A stretch of 64,000 nt of DNA from Haliotis rubra (lineage: Eukaryota), in the NCBI RefSeq assembly GCF_003918875.1, contig NW_025767174.1, positions 310,001 to 374,000 of the forward strand. Direction: 5' to 3'. A program made the position numbers and the translations under genes. Of this stretch, positions 1 to 10,319 are shown in pieces; position 1 is the stretch's first letter, and each line of letters opens with the position of its first letter. The notes beneath the pieces were generated by a model. That model made no database searches. It was not told the DNA's origin and saw only the letters and a list, made by a program, of their open reading frames with translations.

Positions 1-1063
1 GACTCACGACAGCTCAGAGGGACCAGGCGCTAGGAAGACTTGAACCTGGCCATACTGCACAAGCCGTTGTCAATCATTTTCAGGTCAACGTTCAGACCAT
101 CTACAGGCTGCAGCAACGTTTCCGGGCCACCAACACCACAAATGATCGCCCCCGTACTGGCAGACCAAGGGTGACCACAAGACGACAAGACGGCCATGTT
201 GTGCGACAGCATGTGCAGTATCCCTTCATGCAAGCATCCGAAACAGCACACCAGACAGTGGGAACACACGGAAAACCAATCAGTACTGTGAACGTCTACA
301 GTTTGCCCGACAACACCAAAACTGGCGATACAGGCAATGGAGAACTGTTCTGTTCACATATGAGAGTTGGTACTGCGTATCAACTGCAGATGGCAGAACA
401 AGAATATGGCGACGACGTGGTCAGCGTTACCCAGACCAAGGTGTTATGCAAAGAGACTCATGGGAAGGTGCAAGCATCATAGTATGGCGCGGAATAGGCC
501 TGAACCGGAGAGTGGGTCCCGTGGTGTTCCAGAACCTTGGTCCAGGGAGAGGAGGCGGCATCACAGCGGTGCGCTCATCGACCAAGCTCTCAGACCCAAC
601 GTCATACCACTTTTCGCACGTCACCGGAACAACATTTTCCAGCATGATACATGTAAATCCCGGGCCCATACTGCCAGAGCTACACGGGACTTCCTACAGC
701 AGAACGGTGTCCACATTATGCAGTGACCAGCCCTTACTCCTGATTTAAAACCCAATCTAACATCTTTAGGATGAAATTCAGAGGAGACTGAATAATGCCA
801 TACCAAGGCCGAACACAGCCGATTTTTTTGCGCCTGGCCGTTCTCAGAGTGTGGTTCCAGGTGCCACTAGCCTTCATCAATCGATTGGTGCACTCCATGC
901 ATAGACGCTGTGTTGCAGTTATTGCCGCTCGTGGTGGTCACACTAGAGTTATTCATTGTTGTGTCAAAATATTGTACACAAAAAAATGTTTTTGATCCGC
1001 TTATTATGTCCTTTTCTGTAATGATTTTGAATTCGTACTGACGTTTTTTTGCTGCTGAGTATA
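1..1063 (+). mobile_element. Degenerate Tc1/mariner transposon (transposase relic plus 3' terminus)
   Basis: Broken frames give Tc1 motifs: IFQHD..RAHTARATRDFLQQNGV, *PALTPDLKP (WPAxSPDLNP-like) and LVHSMHRRCVAVIAARGGHTR. It ends ...ttttgctgctgagtata in a TA. Confidence 0.85.
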
Positions 1064-1418
1064 TAGAATAGATATACGTAATATATCTTCACATGATTTA
1101 CATTCAAGGATTTTCAAATCATTGTTTCAACGTGGTATATGGACCTTGGTTTTTCAATCACTCAAACTGAATGAACCTGACCAAACGAAATGTCCATGGT
1201 CGTCTTTGCTTCAAGTTTGACTAAAGACCAGTGAAGGTATGTACTGGACTAAGCCAGCTGATCACAAACCCTGACGGATTAAGTACTCTAAAGCTGAAAA
1301 ATGTCCCACTCTAAAATCTGTAGTTTTGCGCAATGGTGTATACTGTTCGAAAGAAGTTAAGGAACTAAGATTTTTTTTAACATTACTGTAGTTAATGTCT
1401 CTTGCCATTTCAGTAACC

Positions 1419-1639
1419 ATGCGAGGCCGACATCGACCGTCCCTCGTGGTGGGTCTCCTGACATTCCTCGGGACGCTGACAGTGTCGTCTGCTCGAGCCG
1501 TCTGCGATCATAAGATCCAATTTATGACGTTCAACGCTGACCTGAGTACTCAAGTCCCGCATTATGAGAGGAGGAGAAAGCTCATCCCATTGGCTCTCGT
1601 GGAGACAAAGGCTGACGTCATCTGCCTCCAGGGCATATG
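1419..1639 (+). CDS. Secreted EEP-family protein, coding exon 1 (signal peptide, MTFN, ADVICLQG)
   Basis: ATG at 1419 follows a cag acceptor. Hydrophobic signal (LVVGLLTFLGTLTVSSARA), EEP strand motifs FMTFNA and KADVICLQ, and a gtgagt donor at 1640 (phase 2). Confidence 0.8.
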
Positions 1640-1833
1640 GTGAGTTAGTGAGTGAATTTACTTTCATCTGGAACTATCACATGTACATTACACTACTGTT
1701 TGAACGAACTCAAAGGGACCGCTAATTTTAGATCGTCATAACCGCACATCATTCACATTTCGACTAGAATATACTGCAAACGACAGGGATACAAAACCCA
1801 ACGGTTACATATATTCATCATTTCGTTATAGGT

Positions 1834-2042
1834 TAGACTACAGCTTCGTGTTCTGAAAATATATAATTCTGATAGTAACAAATAATCCCATTTAAATTGG
1901 AATGGATCCCCAGTGAGATGGTAGATTCAGAGCCTGGGGAAAGCTGCAGTGATAGAGCCTGATGGAAATCAATTCGGGCTTTAGCATTGTAGGAAGGACT
2001 GGGCTGGAAACATGATACGGTTCTGGGACGGTAAGACTGTGA
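1834..2042. mobile_element. Non-autonomous DNA element (TAGACTA family), 9-bp TSD GTTATAGGT
   Basis: Homologous to 7831-8021. Flanked by gttataggt at 1825-1833 and 2043-2051. Confidence 0.6.
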
Positions 2043-2214
2043 GTTATAGGTGTATAGTTCTGGGAGCAGGCAAACCAGAGGCTTAGAACATCATGAGAAT
2101 CCTTTGACAGGATGACGACAGGCTAGGATCCTGACTAAGATGGAGAAATAATATACTGCTCACAGACAGTTGATGACTTCCCGATGGCATAATGGATTGA
2201 CTATAATACTAACT

Positions 2215-2336
2215 GACTGACTGAGTTTGGTTTTACGCCGCTTTTAGCAATGTTCCAGCAACATCACGGCGGGGGACACCAGAAATGGGCTTCACACATT
2301 GTACCCATGTGGGGAATCAAACCCGGGTCTTCGGCG
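2215..2336 (-). mobile_element. tRNA-derived SINE family A (5'-truncated)
   Basis: Matches the consensus gggttcgattccccacatgggtacaatgtgtgaagcccatttctggtgtccccc...aaactcactc. Confidence 0.8.
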
Positions 2337-2504
2337 ATGGCATAATGGATCGACTATAATAATGCGAGAGAACCTAGTGGTCCTTTACTGCTTTTGAGTA
2401 CCTCAAAAAGTCTTTATTCTCAAGTTGGTGAATTACGGAGGTTACTGATCTCCTTCCTCGCGCATATCGACTGAAATTCACCAACTGGATGTTGAAGATT
2501 ATTT

Positions 2505-2998
2505 GTATTGTTATTATAGATGTACGATTCTTACTTTTACGCCTTCGTCGTATCTCAGTTGCGTAGATCGGTGATCATGATGTTGATCACTGGATTGTCT
2601 GGTTCAGACTGGATTATTTATAGACCTCCGCCATATAGCTGTAATATTGCTGTTTGCGTGTGTATTGTTATTATAGATGTTCGATTCTTACTTTTACGCC
2701 GTTGTCGTATCTCACTCAGCTGCGTAGATCGATGCGCATGATGTTGATCACTGGATTGTCTGGTTCAGACCCAATTTTTTTCAGAACGCTGCCATATAGC
2801 TGGAATATTGCTGTGTGCGTGTGTATTGTTATTATAGATGTACGATTCTTACTTTTACGCCTTCGTCGTATCTCAGTTGCGTAGATCGGTGATCATGATG
2901 TTGATCACTGGATTGTCTGCTTCAGAGTGGATTATTTATAGAACGCTGTCATACAGCTGGAATATTGCTGTGTGCACTGTTAAACAACAAACAAACAA
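2505..2998 (+). repeat. Three tandem ~159-bp units containing SINE family B 3' part
   Basis: The unit gtattgttattatagatg..gatcactggattgtctggttcagac..ggaatattgctgtgtgc recurs at ~2505, 2664 and 2823. Confidence 0.85.
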
Positions 2999-3327
2999 AA
3001 CTTGCAAACACAAATTTGCAGTATGTATACACAACCCACTTGTTTACTTGAGTAGTACTTATATTATCCCTTAAAAACCAGAGTGTTCAATTTTCCCCCA
3101 TTTATATATTCATAAAAGTCTAATTGAGTGAGTGAATGGGTTTAACACATCTTTGAGCATAATTGTCTAAGTTATGGCCATTCCGTGTCCATGTGAAGAA
3201 TTGCAAATCACTCATTGTGGCTCCGTCAACATTATCATACCGTCAGCATACATTCAGCGTCATGAAGTCGCTATATGGGTCCAACCGCCCCGATGCGACA
3301 TTAAATTTTAACTCACTCACTCAGCGG

Positions 3328-3487
3328 GTCGGTGGAGGTAGCCTAGTGGTTAAAGCGTTTGCTTCACGCCGAATACCCGGATTCGATTTCCTCATGGGTA
3401 CAATGTGTGAAGCCCATTTCTGGTGTTCCCTGCAATGATAGTGCTGGAATATTGCAAAAAGCAGCGTAAAACTAAACTCACTCACTC
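3328..3487 (+). mobile_element. SINE family A
   Basis: Box A (tagcctagtggt), box B (ttcgatt) and an (ACTC)n tail. Confidence 0.85.
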
Positions 3488-3522
3488 AATCAGCATCACC
3501 ATATATGGCCCACTGCTTTCAG

Positions 3523-4002
3523 GAAAGGATCGGACGTTGACCGGATCTCGACAGCTGTGAAAGACGTCTTCCCCCACTCCTTTAGCAACGTGCACTACAC
3601 CGTGGGGAGAGTCAGTCGGAAGTGAAGAAGATGGTGATCTGGGGCATGCTGGAGAAGTACTTTCCCATGCTGAGGACGGAACCCTGCAAAGTCCTGGAGG
3701 CCGTCCCAATGGGCTACTGTCTGCTGTTCAGCTGTCAACGTCAGTCGGGGACCCAGCTAATGCAGTGCATGGCGGCCCACTGCGCCCGCTACATCAACGA
3801 CATCAGCCCTGTATGCATAGCATGCATAGTCCGGCGTCCGAACACCCCAAAGTACGAGTCCGAGTGTGGCGAAGCTGTAGCGTTGCCAGGGATGAGTGCG
3901 AGGATGAATAACCACGGGTTGCTGTTGCTGAGCAAGTTGAACATCACGGGGACGACCATGGTGCGGCAGCAGACGGGGAATCACGGATATCTGAAAATGG
4001 AG
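3523..4002 (+). CDS. EEP-family gene exon 2 (Cys-rich insert, NHGLLLLSK); contains a 1-nt frameshift near 3604-3607
   Basis: tttcag acceptor. WKGSDVDRISTAVKDVFPHSFSNVH stops at 3623 in the entry frame and continues in ORF 3622-4038 with the GLLLLSK EEP motif. Donor gt at 4003 (phase 0). Confidence 0.75.
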
Positions 4003-4074
4003 GTGGGAACACTGATGTTTCTGGAATCATTTGGTTGAAACTAATCCAATATTGGTGCCTGTGGACAAGAAGAC

Positions 4075-4225
4075 GGGTTGAAGAGGAACATTTTTGGGGA
4101 TAGGTCTACAACTTCGTTATTGCAATATGATGACGTTTCGGTGTAGATGCTGGCACCGTTATCAAGCGCCGCATCTATTGCAATAAAGAAGTTGTGTATC
4201 CCTAAAAATTGTTCCTCTTCACCAG
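4075..4225. mobile_element. Penelope-like pseudo-LTR foldback with hammerhead-like core
   Basis: Inverted arms gaagaggaacatttttgggata..acaacttc..tattgcaata and tattgcaataaagaagttgt..tatccctaaaaattgttcctcttc. The gaaacgtc...aataaa signature is on the minus strand. Confidence 0.55.
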
Positions 4226-4546
4226 AGACAATCTATTATATATATGTATTGACATCTGTCTTCACCAGCTTTTGAATTTCACGCAAAGAAGTAAGACATG
4301 TGTTTGTTTACGCTGCACGCAGCAGATGTCTTGCTATAATTGTCCAGCTTTTATGAAAGTGCTCAAATGCTTTCTCAGTTAAGTACAGATTCTCATACTC
4401 ATATTGGTTTGGACCCGTACTCTCAGACTAAGGCACCGAGTCAGCGATGTAGCCCGAGGTCGCAGATCTGCTGCAGATGTATGTGAATATGTTGCATCTG
4501 TTTATACTTCTAATTTTGATTGTTTTTCTTTCGTATGATTTGTCAG

Positions 4547-4613
4547 ATTCAGGATGTCGGTAGTGTTGTTTGTGCGCATCTACACGCCAGTGATGAACTT
4601 CCGGGCGTAGAAG
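4547..4613 (+). CDS. EEP-family gene exon 3 (VVCAHLH)
   Basis: ag/gt bounded, phases 0 to 1. IQDVGSVVCAHLHASDELPGVE matches the EEP 'THL' strand. Confidence 0.75.
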
Positions 4614-4811
4614 GTAGGCTGTTGAATTACAAATGGCGGCTGCATTAATGTGACCTTGACCTTTGAAGCTATGTATTTTTATTGGACTTGGAAGACTCGT
4701 TAATCCAGCAAAACCATAACTCCATAATTCCAGCCTTGTTCCGTAAGTGGAAACTGGACTTATATGCACTCAGTTAATTCCCTTGTCTCGAGACATATCA
4801 TTATATTCTTG

Positions 4812-5081
4812 TGTGTGTGTTGTTTAACGCTACACTCAGCAATTTCCAGCTGTATGACGGCGGTCTATAAAACCGAGTCTGGACCACACAATCCAGTGAT
4901 TTAAATCATGAGCACTAATATGAGGTATGAGTCAGTGAGTGAGTTTAGTTTTACGCCGCACTCAGCAATATTCCAGCTATATGGCGGCGGTCTGTAAATA
5001 ATCGAATCTGGACCAGACAATACAGTGATCAACAGCATGAGCATCGATCTACACAGTTGGGATACGATGGCATGTGTCAAC
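4812..5081 (-). mobile_element. Two SINE family B fragments
   Basis: gcaatattccagctatatggcggcggtctgtaaataatcgagtctggaccagacaatccagtgat repeat, present many times in the window. Confidence 0.8.
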
Positions 5082-5525
5082 TGGGTAAACTACACTGTTG
5101 TAACTAATCAAGTGACATCACACGTAAATTACCACTACCACAGGTGTACTACCACTACCACAGCTACTGACACCACTACCACAACTACAACCACTACCAC
5201 CACTGCAACCACTACCATAGGTAATCTGATGCTATTTAGGGGGCGTTGGGTAGCCCAATGGTTAAATATTGCATTAAAACTAAACTCACTCACTCACTCA
5301 CTCACTTCAACCACTACCATAGCTCGTCATGCCGAACACCCGGGTTCGATTCAACACATGGGTACAATGTGTAAAGCCCATTTCTGGTGTCCCCCGCCGT
5401 GATATTGCTGGAATATTGCTAAAAGCGGCGTAAAACCAAACTCATTCATACGTAATTAAATAATAACTTCATCCTTTAGACCAGAGTATGAAGAGGATTT
5501 CAAACTTTTTCACTGTTGGTTTCAG

Positions 5526-5848
5526 ATTGCGGAGAGAAGGTCGCCAACCCGAACCGCGCCTATGACAACCTGATGGGAGTGTATCATCTCGCGTCGTCAG
5601 GAGACACGAAAAACCACGTGATTATGGGAGACTTGAATACCAGCCCACAGTTACCGTGGAACATTGACTCGCTGTTTGGGGCGAGTTACGCGGCCCTCAT
5701 CTATGGTGGCTTTTCTATTCCTTACGTAGAACACATTGGTCACTGTACTTACTGCGCAGACAACCAACTCGTCCGCAGCATGGGCTACAACAAGAGTCAT
5801 ATCCTTGACCACGTACTGACCAAGGGATTTGTGCCTTACAGCGCCATG
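5526..5848 (+). CDS. EEP-family gene exon 4 (GDLN, LDHVL)
   Basis: Phase-compatible splice sites. Motifs VIMGDLN, CTYCADN and ILDHVLT; gtgagt donor. Confidence 0.85.
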
Positions 5849-5868
5849 GTGAGTTAATAGATTTTACG

Positions 5869-6265
5869 TGAGTGAGTGAGTTTAGGTTTACGCCGCTTTT
5901 AGCAATATTCCAGTAATATCACGGCGGGGGATACCAGATTGCACGTTACACATTGTACCCGTGTGGGGAATCGAACCCGGGTATTCGGGTATGGGCGCCA
6001 CACATTGTACCCATGTGGGAAATCGAATTCGGGTGTGGGCGTCACACATTGTACCCATGTGGGGAGTCGAACACGGGTCTTCGGGTATAAGCGACACACA
6101 TTGTACCCATGTGGAAAATCGAACCCGGGTATTCGGGTATAAGCGACACACATTGTACCCATGTGGAAAATCGAACCCGGTCTTCGGGTATAGGCGTTAC
6201 ACATTGTACCCATGTGGGGAATCGAACCCGGGTTTTCGAACGCTTTAACCACTAAACTCCCCACA
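5869..6265 (-). mobile_element. SINE family A with ~5 tandem copies of its box-B segment
   Basis: cacattgtacccatgtggg(g)aatcgaacccgggt..cggg repeats at ~45-60 bp spacing between the SINE head and tail. Confidence 0.85.
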
Positions 6266-6817
6266 GCCCCTTATAGACTTTAGGATTACCCAGGCATATA
6301 CTGATACGAAGAAGTAAAGGATCACAAGCACATATTGCCTCCATGAATGAAAGATTTGGTTTTAACGCCACTTTGAAAGGTACTTCAGTTATATCATGGC
6401 ATGTCACCCTAATGGGTAAAACGGCCGAAATAATGCAGGTCTTTGACTTTTTCCGCTTTGGTGAAACCCACAAGCACTGGTATGTTGCTGACGAACCTCG
6501 AAACATGATCTGGACCAACCACCGATCATAGGCTTCTGATGTGCACAAGGGAGACAACTCTGGACCGCGACAAATTGCCTCAATACGTTTGTGTATTAAA
6601 TGAATGGTGTTTAAACGCCGCAGAGAACAAAACAGAAAAGACGAGTTTGGATACTCAGAATCATACCAACTGATACTCTAGATTATGACCGTTCCCTTAC
6701 TTTTTTCGATCAGCATACACTTTCCTATAGCCGAACACAGAACACTAGACCCCAAACTTGACAATGAAATTTGATATACCTGTTAAGGGTTCTGTAAGGG
6801 TATTGTTCTGATTTCAG

Positions 6818-6898
6818 CGGACGCTTGACAGTTATAAAGGAGAGCCCCTGTCAGCACACTATGCAGTGCAGGTCGGAATATGCGTGGACAAGAAATAG
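6818..6898 (+). CDS. EEP-family gene terminal exon (LSAHYAV, stop)
   Basis: tttcag acceptor. RTLDSYKGEPLSAHYAVQVGICVDKK* carries the SDH-equivalent motif. AATAAA at 6992. Confidence 0.75.
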   Translation, partial: RTLDSYKGEPLSAHYAVQVGICVDKK

Positions 6899-7732
6899 CA
6901 GAGGTCAATCAACTACCAGTTGCATCTCCATCTTGTTCGTGGTTTTAGGGTGGGGGTAGAAGGTACGAATCTGTCGACTCCCCAAAGTTGAAATAAAGAA
7001 CCAAGTGCTTATATTTTTATTTTTTATTCCGACGACCAGAAATTAAAAGAAATGTGAAAAAGACCTAATTTACTGTCGCTACCAATGCATGATCATTGAC
7101 AATACTTTAATTTAAATCCCTGTAAGATAAAAGTATTTAAAACACAACGAATTAAAACTGAAGTATTATTGGAGTTATAATTTGATTAGTATTTTGACCT
7201 TTGACCTGAATTTGGGAGCCAAAAACTATGATAAAAAACAAAAACGAAGTCTGAATGTTTACCGTAGTGGTTTTTTTTCTGTTTATGATAAACTAACGAA
7301 TCTTTTGCATAAGTGCCAAATGTTTCTGGTATTCGGCCCCTGTCTCCTGAGACTGCAATATATGGCACCGACCTCTTCTTATTCCTCATTGCACCCGAAG
7401 ACCCGACTTTCCAAAACTTGATCCTGCTTCTCAACCCTGTTCTAAGGCCACATAAAATATACGTCTTGTTTCTCATCTCGTGTGTCCTGTTTGCGGTCCT
7501 TACACTTTACAATATTTAAATGTCGTATGCACGCACGCACACGCACGCGCGCACACACATTAACCACGCGCATACATGTTCGTTTATTAAAACTTCTTTT
7601 CTGTTCTGTATGTTTGTCCTTATACCTATTGATTACAATACCATTTAGAAAGTGGTCAAAGTGGTATATTTGGGATTACACTTTCTCAGTAAAGTACTAA
7701 AATTCTAGTACTTTTTCGGGGTGATTCCCATC

Positions 7733-8316
7733 TGGCGCGTGGTGGCGTATGGTCCTGTGCTCAAAGCTCAGGTCACAAATCGGTGAAGTGAAGCAGCGTC
7801 GAGCTCGGAGAGTCCTTGGATGGGTGACCGTAGACTAAGGCTTAGTCTCTGAATATATATAATTTTGATAGTAACAAACAAGCCCATTTATATTGAAAAG
7901 GAGCCCTAGGGAGACCAGAGAACCTGGGGAAATCTAGACTTGCTTCGTTTAGGGCTTTAGCACTGCAGAGAGGCTTGGCAGTAGGGAAAATAATGTGGTT
8001 CAGGGACTGTGAGACAGACTAGGGTGACCGTGATTGGCAGCTTGACTCCTGAGAGTTTCTAGGACTTGAGTCCTGCCCCACAACGAAGCTCATGTGACAC
8101 ATGTGGTCTCACCTTAGGCAAGTGAGTTTGTTCAAAATTGTCTCTGTTCACCCAGCAGGAAAATGGGTACCCGGTGGAAAAAGTCATATGACTATAACCT
8201 TCTAGCGCAGCTTGGGTTATCCGGGGTAATAATGTGCTGTGCCTTGATTGTTAGCGCTATGAGCATACCTAGTGTGGAGTTTGGCGCTATATAAATGGAC
8301 ACATTATTATTATTAT
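7733..8316 (+). mobile_element. Composite SINE: tRNA-like head + 5S rRNA-derived segment + central core + LINE-type (TAT)n tail, interrupted by a DNA element
   Basis: 7780-7830 (gaagtgaagcagcgtcgagctcggagagtccttggatgggtgaccg) resembles the 5S internal promoter. Core cacccagcagg..aatgggtacc; tail gcgctatataaat..(tat)n. A partial second copy lies at 27768-27928 (-). Confidence 0.65.
7831..8021. mobile_element. Non-autonomous DNA element, TAG..CTA ends, 9-bp TSD GGGTGACCG
   Basis: Perfect 9-bp direct repeats at 7822-7830 and 8022-8030. Confidence 0.8.
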
Positions 8317-8789
8317 CTGAGGGTGTGGATTCGAATCCCGGATGGGACTCAACCCGAAAAAGTACTAGAATTTGTACTTTACTGAGAAAGTGTAATCCCA
8401 AATATAACATATGTTGCTTATACCTATTGTTTAAACTTTCCAGGACGTGATTTACCAAAATTTTATGACTCGATTGACTCTTGCTAAAAGGTGGTTTGAT
8501 AAATGTTACAACATCGAAGGCTTCAGTAAAGACACTTATTTCCAAATATGACGCATCAGGGATAAGGAATTATGACCCATGCAATAGTCTGTTTTGACAT
8601 ACCAAATTTCCGTGATTTTCAAGCGAGCAACTGCCTTGCCTTTGCATGTGTTTGTGACGGGTTCCACCAGTGGGGCAGGATAGCTCTCCTTTCCACGGAC
8701 ACCTGGCGTCATTACTGTGAGTATGATGTAGTCGAAATCGTACAATCGACTGCGCTTTATCGGAAATTCCTTCTGACTACGGAAAGTGT

Positions 8790-8993
8790 TAGACTAACAA
8801 CTAGTCTCTGAAATGAACATATTTTACTGAAAAAAGTTCATAGTAAAAAAAATATATATATAATGAAAAGGAGCCCTGAGACTTTCTTCATTTTCAGCTG
8901 AGCTGAAGCTGATGAAATCTAGACTTGCCACATTTTCTAGACTTGCGTGGGCTTTCTTGGATATATTTGCTTCAGGGTCTGTACGACAGACTA
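8790..8993. mobile_element. Non-autonomous DNA element, TAG..CTA ends, 9-bp TSD GGAAAGTGT
   Basis: Perfect 9-bp direct repeats at 8781-8789 and 8994-9002; homologous to 7831-8021. Confidence 0.8.
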
Positions 8994-9185
8994 GGAAAGT
9001 GTCTGTCGCTAATATTTACAGATAAGTAAGTAACTATCTTTTATATGACAGTTGTATGTATCACATTCAGACCTAAAACACTGGAGTGTAGAATTAAAGC
9101 ACAGAGGTGTGGCACAATAGTGAACTAAAGTGATGAGAAACAGCAGTATATTTTACTGTAGCCGAAAAACACATGTTTGAATGTC

Positions 9186-9292
9186 AGGGCCCACTCGCAC
9201 AAAGCTACCCTTACACTAAGACCGTAGTCTGTGTTAGAGGATGGGAGTTAACATCATCGTAGCGCTAAGATCGTTTCGTGCAAGCGGGCCTT
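9186..9292. mobile_element. Short palindromic MITE (gggcc-ended)
   Basis: Inverted ends gggcccactcgcacaaag and cgtttcgtgcaagcgggcc; related to 30159-30271. Confidence 0.5.
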
Positions 9293-9873
9293 GCTTAATG
9301 GCAGGATTATCAGAAAATCCTGCATCACGAAAATAGGAACGTTTCCCTTTTTCCGTTGCAATTTCAACCGTTAGACTATTGTTATTTAGTAACTTCAGTC
9401 ATTGACCGTTCACCGATATGTAAACTAAAGAACAAAAGAAACTACACATCTCAGTTGATTTTCACGTTTGATTTTCAGTTATCTGAATTTACGTCATATC
9501 CAGTCGATGACCCGTGCTGACTTTAAGTCAACTCTCAAAGAGTACTTCCTCATGGTCATGTTTTAAAACATATTATCTGATTTAAACGTTTGAAAATATT
9601 TTCGCATAATACATAACTGCTGGTGTGTATCTGCAACATCTTAAATTTGCATTCTTCGGCTCCACTTTGCCATATTTAAAACATGAAAGGGGTCAACTGG
9701 CTTCATGTTTTCCTCTTTAAGTGTACCATGTATCTTGACACAAAATTACCCAGCCACAGATTACTTTCTACAACTGTTGCAGGAATGAGTGATGATTAAA
9801 AAGACATAAATAACAAATTTTACAACTCTTTCGGTATTCACTTACATGACAAAAACCTTGGTTTACTTTCTTA

Positions 9874-10319
9874 TAGTGGTGGTCCGATTAATTGAAATAA
9901 TCGAAGATTGGTCGCAGTGACTAAACGACCAAGCAATCGATCATGTTTTCTCATAATCGAACACAAACAATTCTGGAACACTTTTTGCATTAACAATATA
10001 TTTCACAAGGTTGGTTTTGTAAGTTACATTTCATAACCACTACAAGCTTGTTCCAAGTCATGATTAAATTTATCTTAAAGACTCATGGAATTTTATGTCC
10101 CTAACATACTAGTTAAGTAGTAATCCTTTCAAGATGTGAAATTTGCCACACAAAAAACCCAAAGAACTACATGTTTTTTCATTATGTTTTTTTTTTCATT
10201 AACAAAAAACAGGAAAATATATATATTTCATAAATGACGCTAACCAATTATATTCGATGATTGATCGGTTGTAATGAAGCAATCATCAATTATGAGGTTT
10301 TAACCAATTCCCAACACTA
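9874..10319. mobile_element. hAT-type MITE, 8-bp TSD CTTTCTTA
   Basis: TIRs tagtggtgg and ccaacacta. Identical 8-bp flanks at 9866-9873 and 10320-10327. Confidence 0.75.

Noticed and set aside
5025-5402. Thr-rich mucin-like ORF
   Set aside because: Made of SINE fragments plus an (ACT/ACC)n tract within an intron.
6488-6512. CTGACGA..GAAA hammerhead core
   Set aside because: Only 5 unpaired nt lie between the core halves, so there is no stem II.
7780-7830. 5S rRNA gene
   Set aside because: Only a diverged internal segment, embedded in a SINE-like body.
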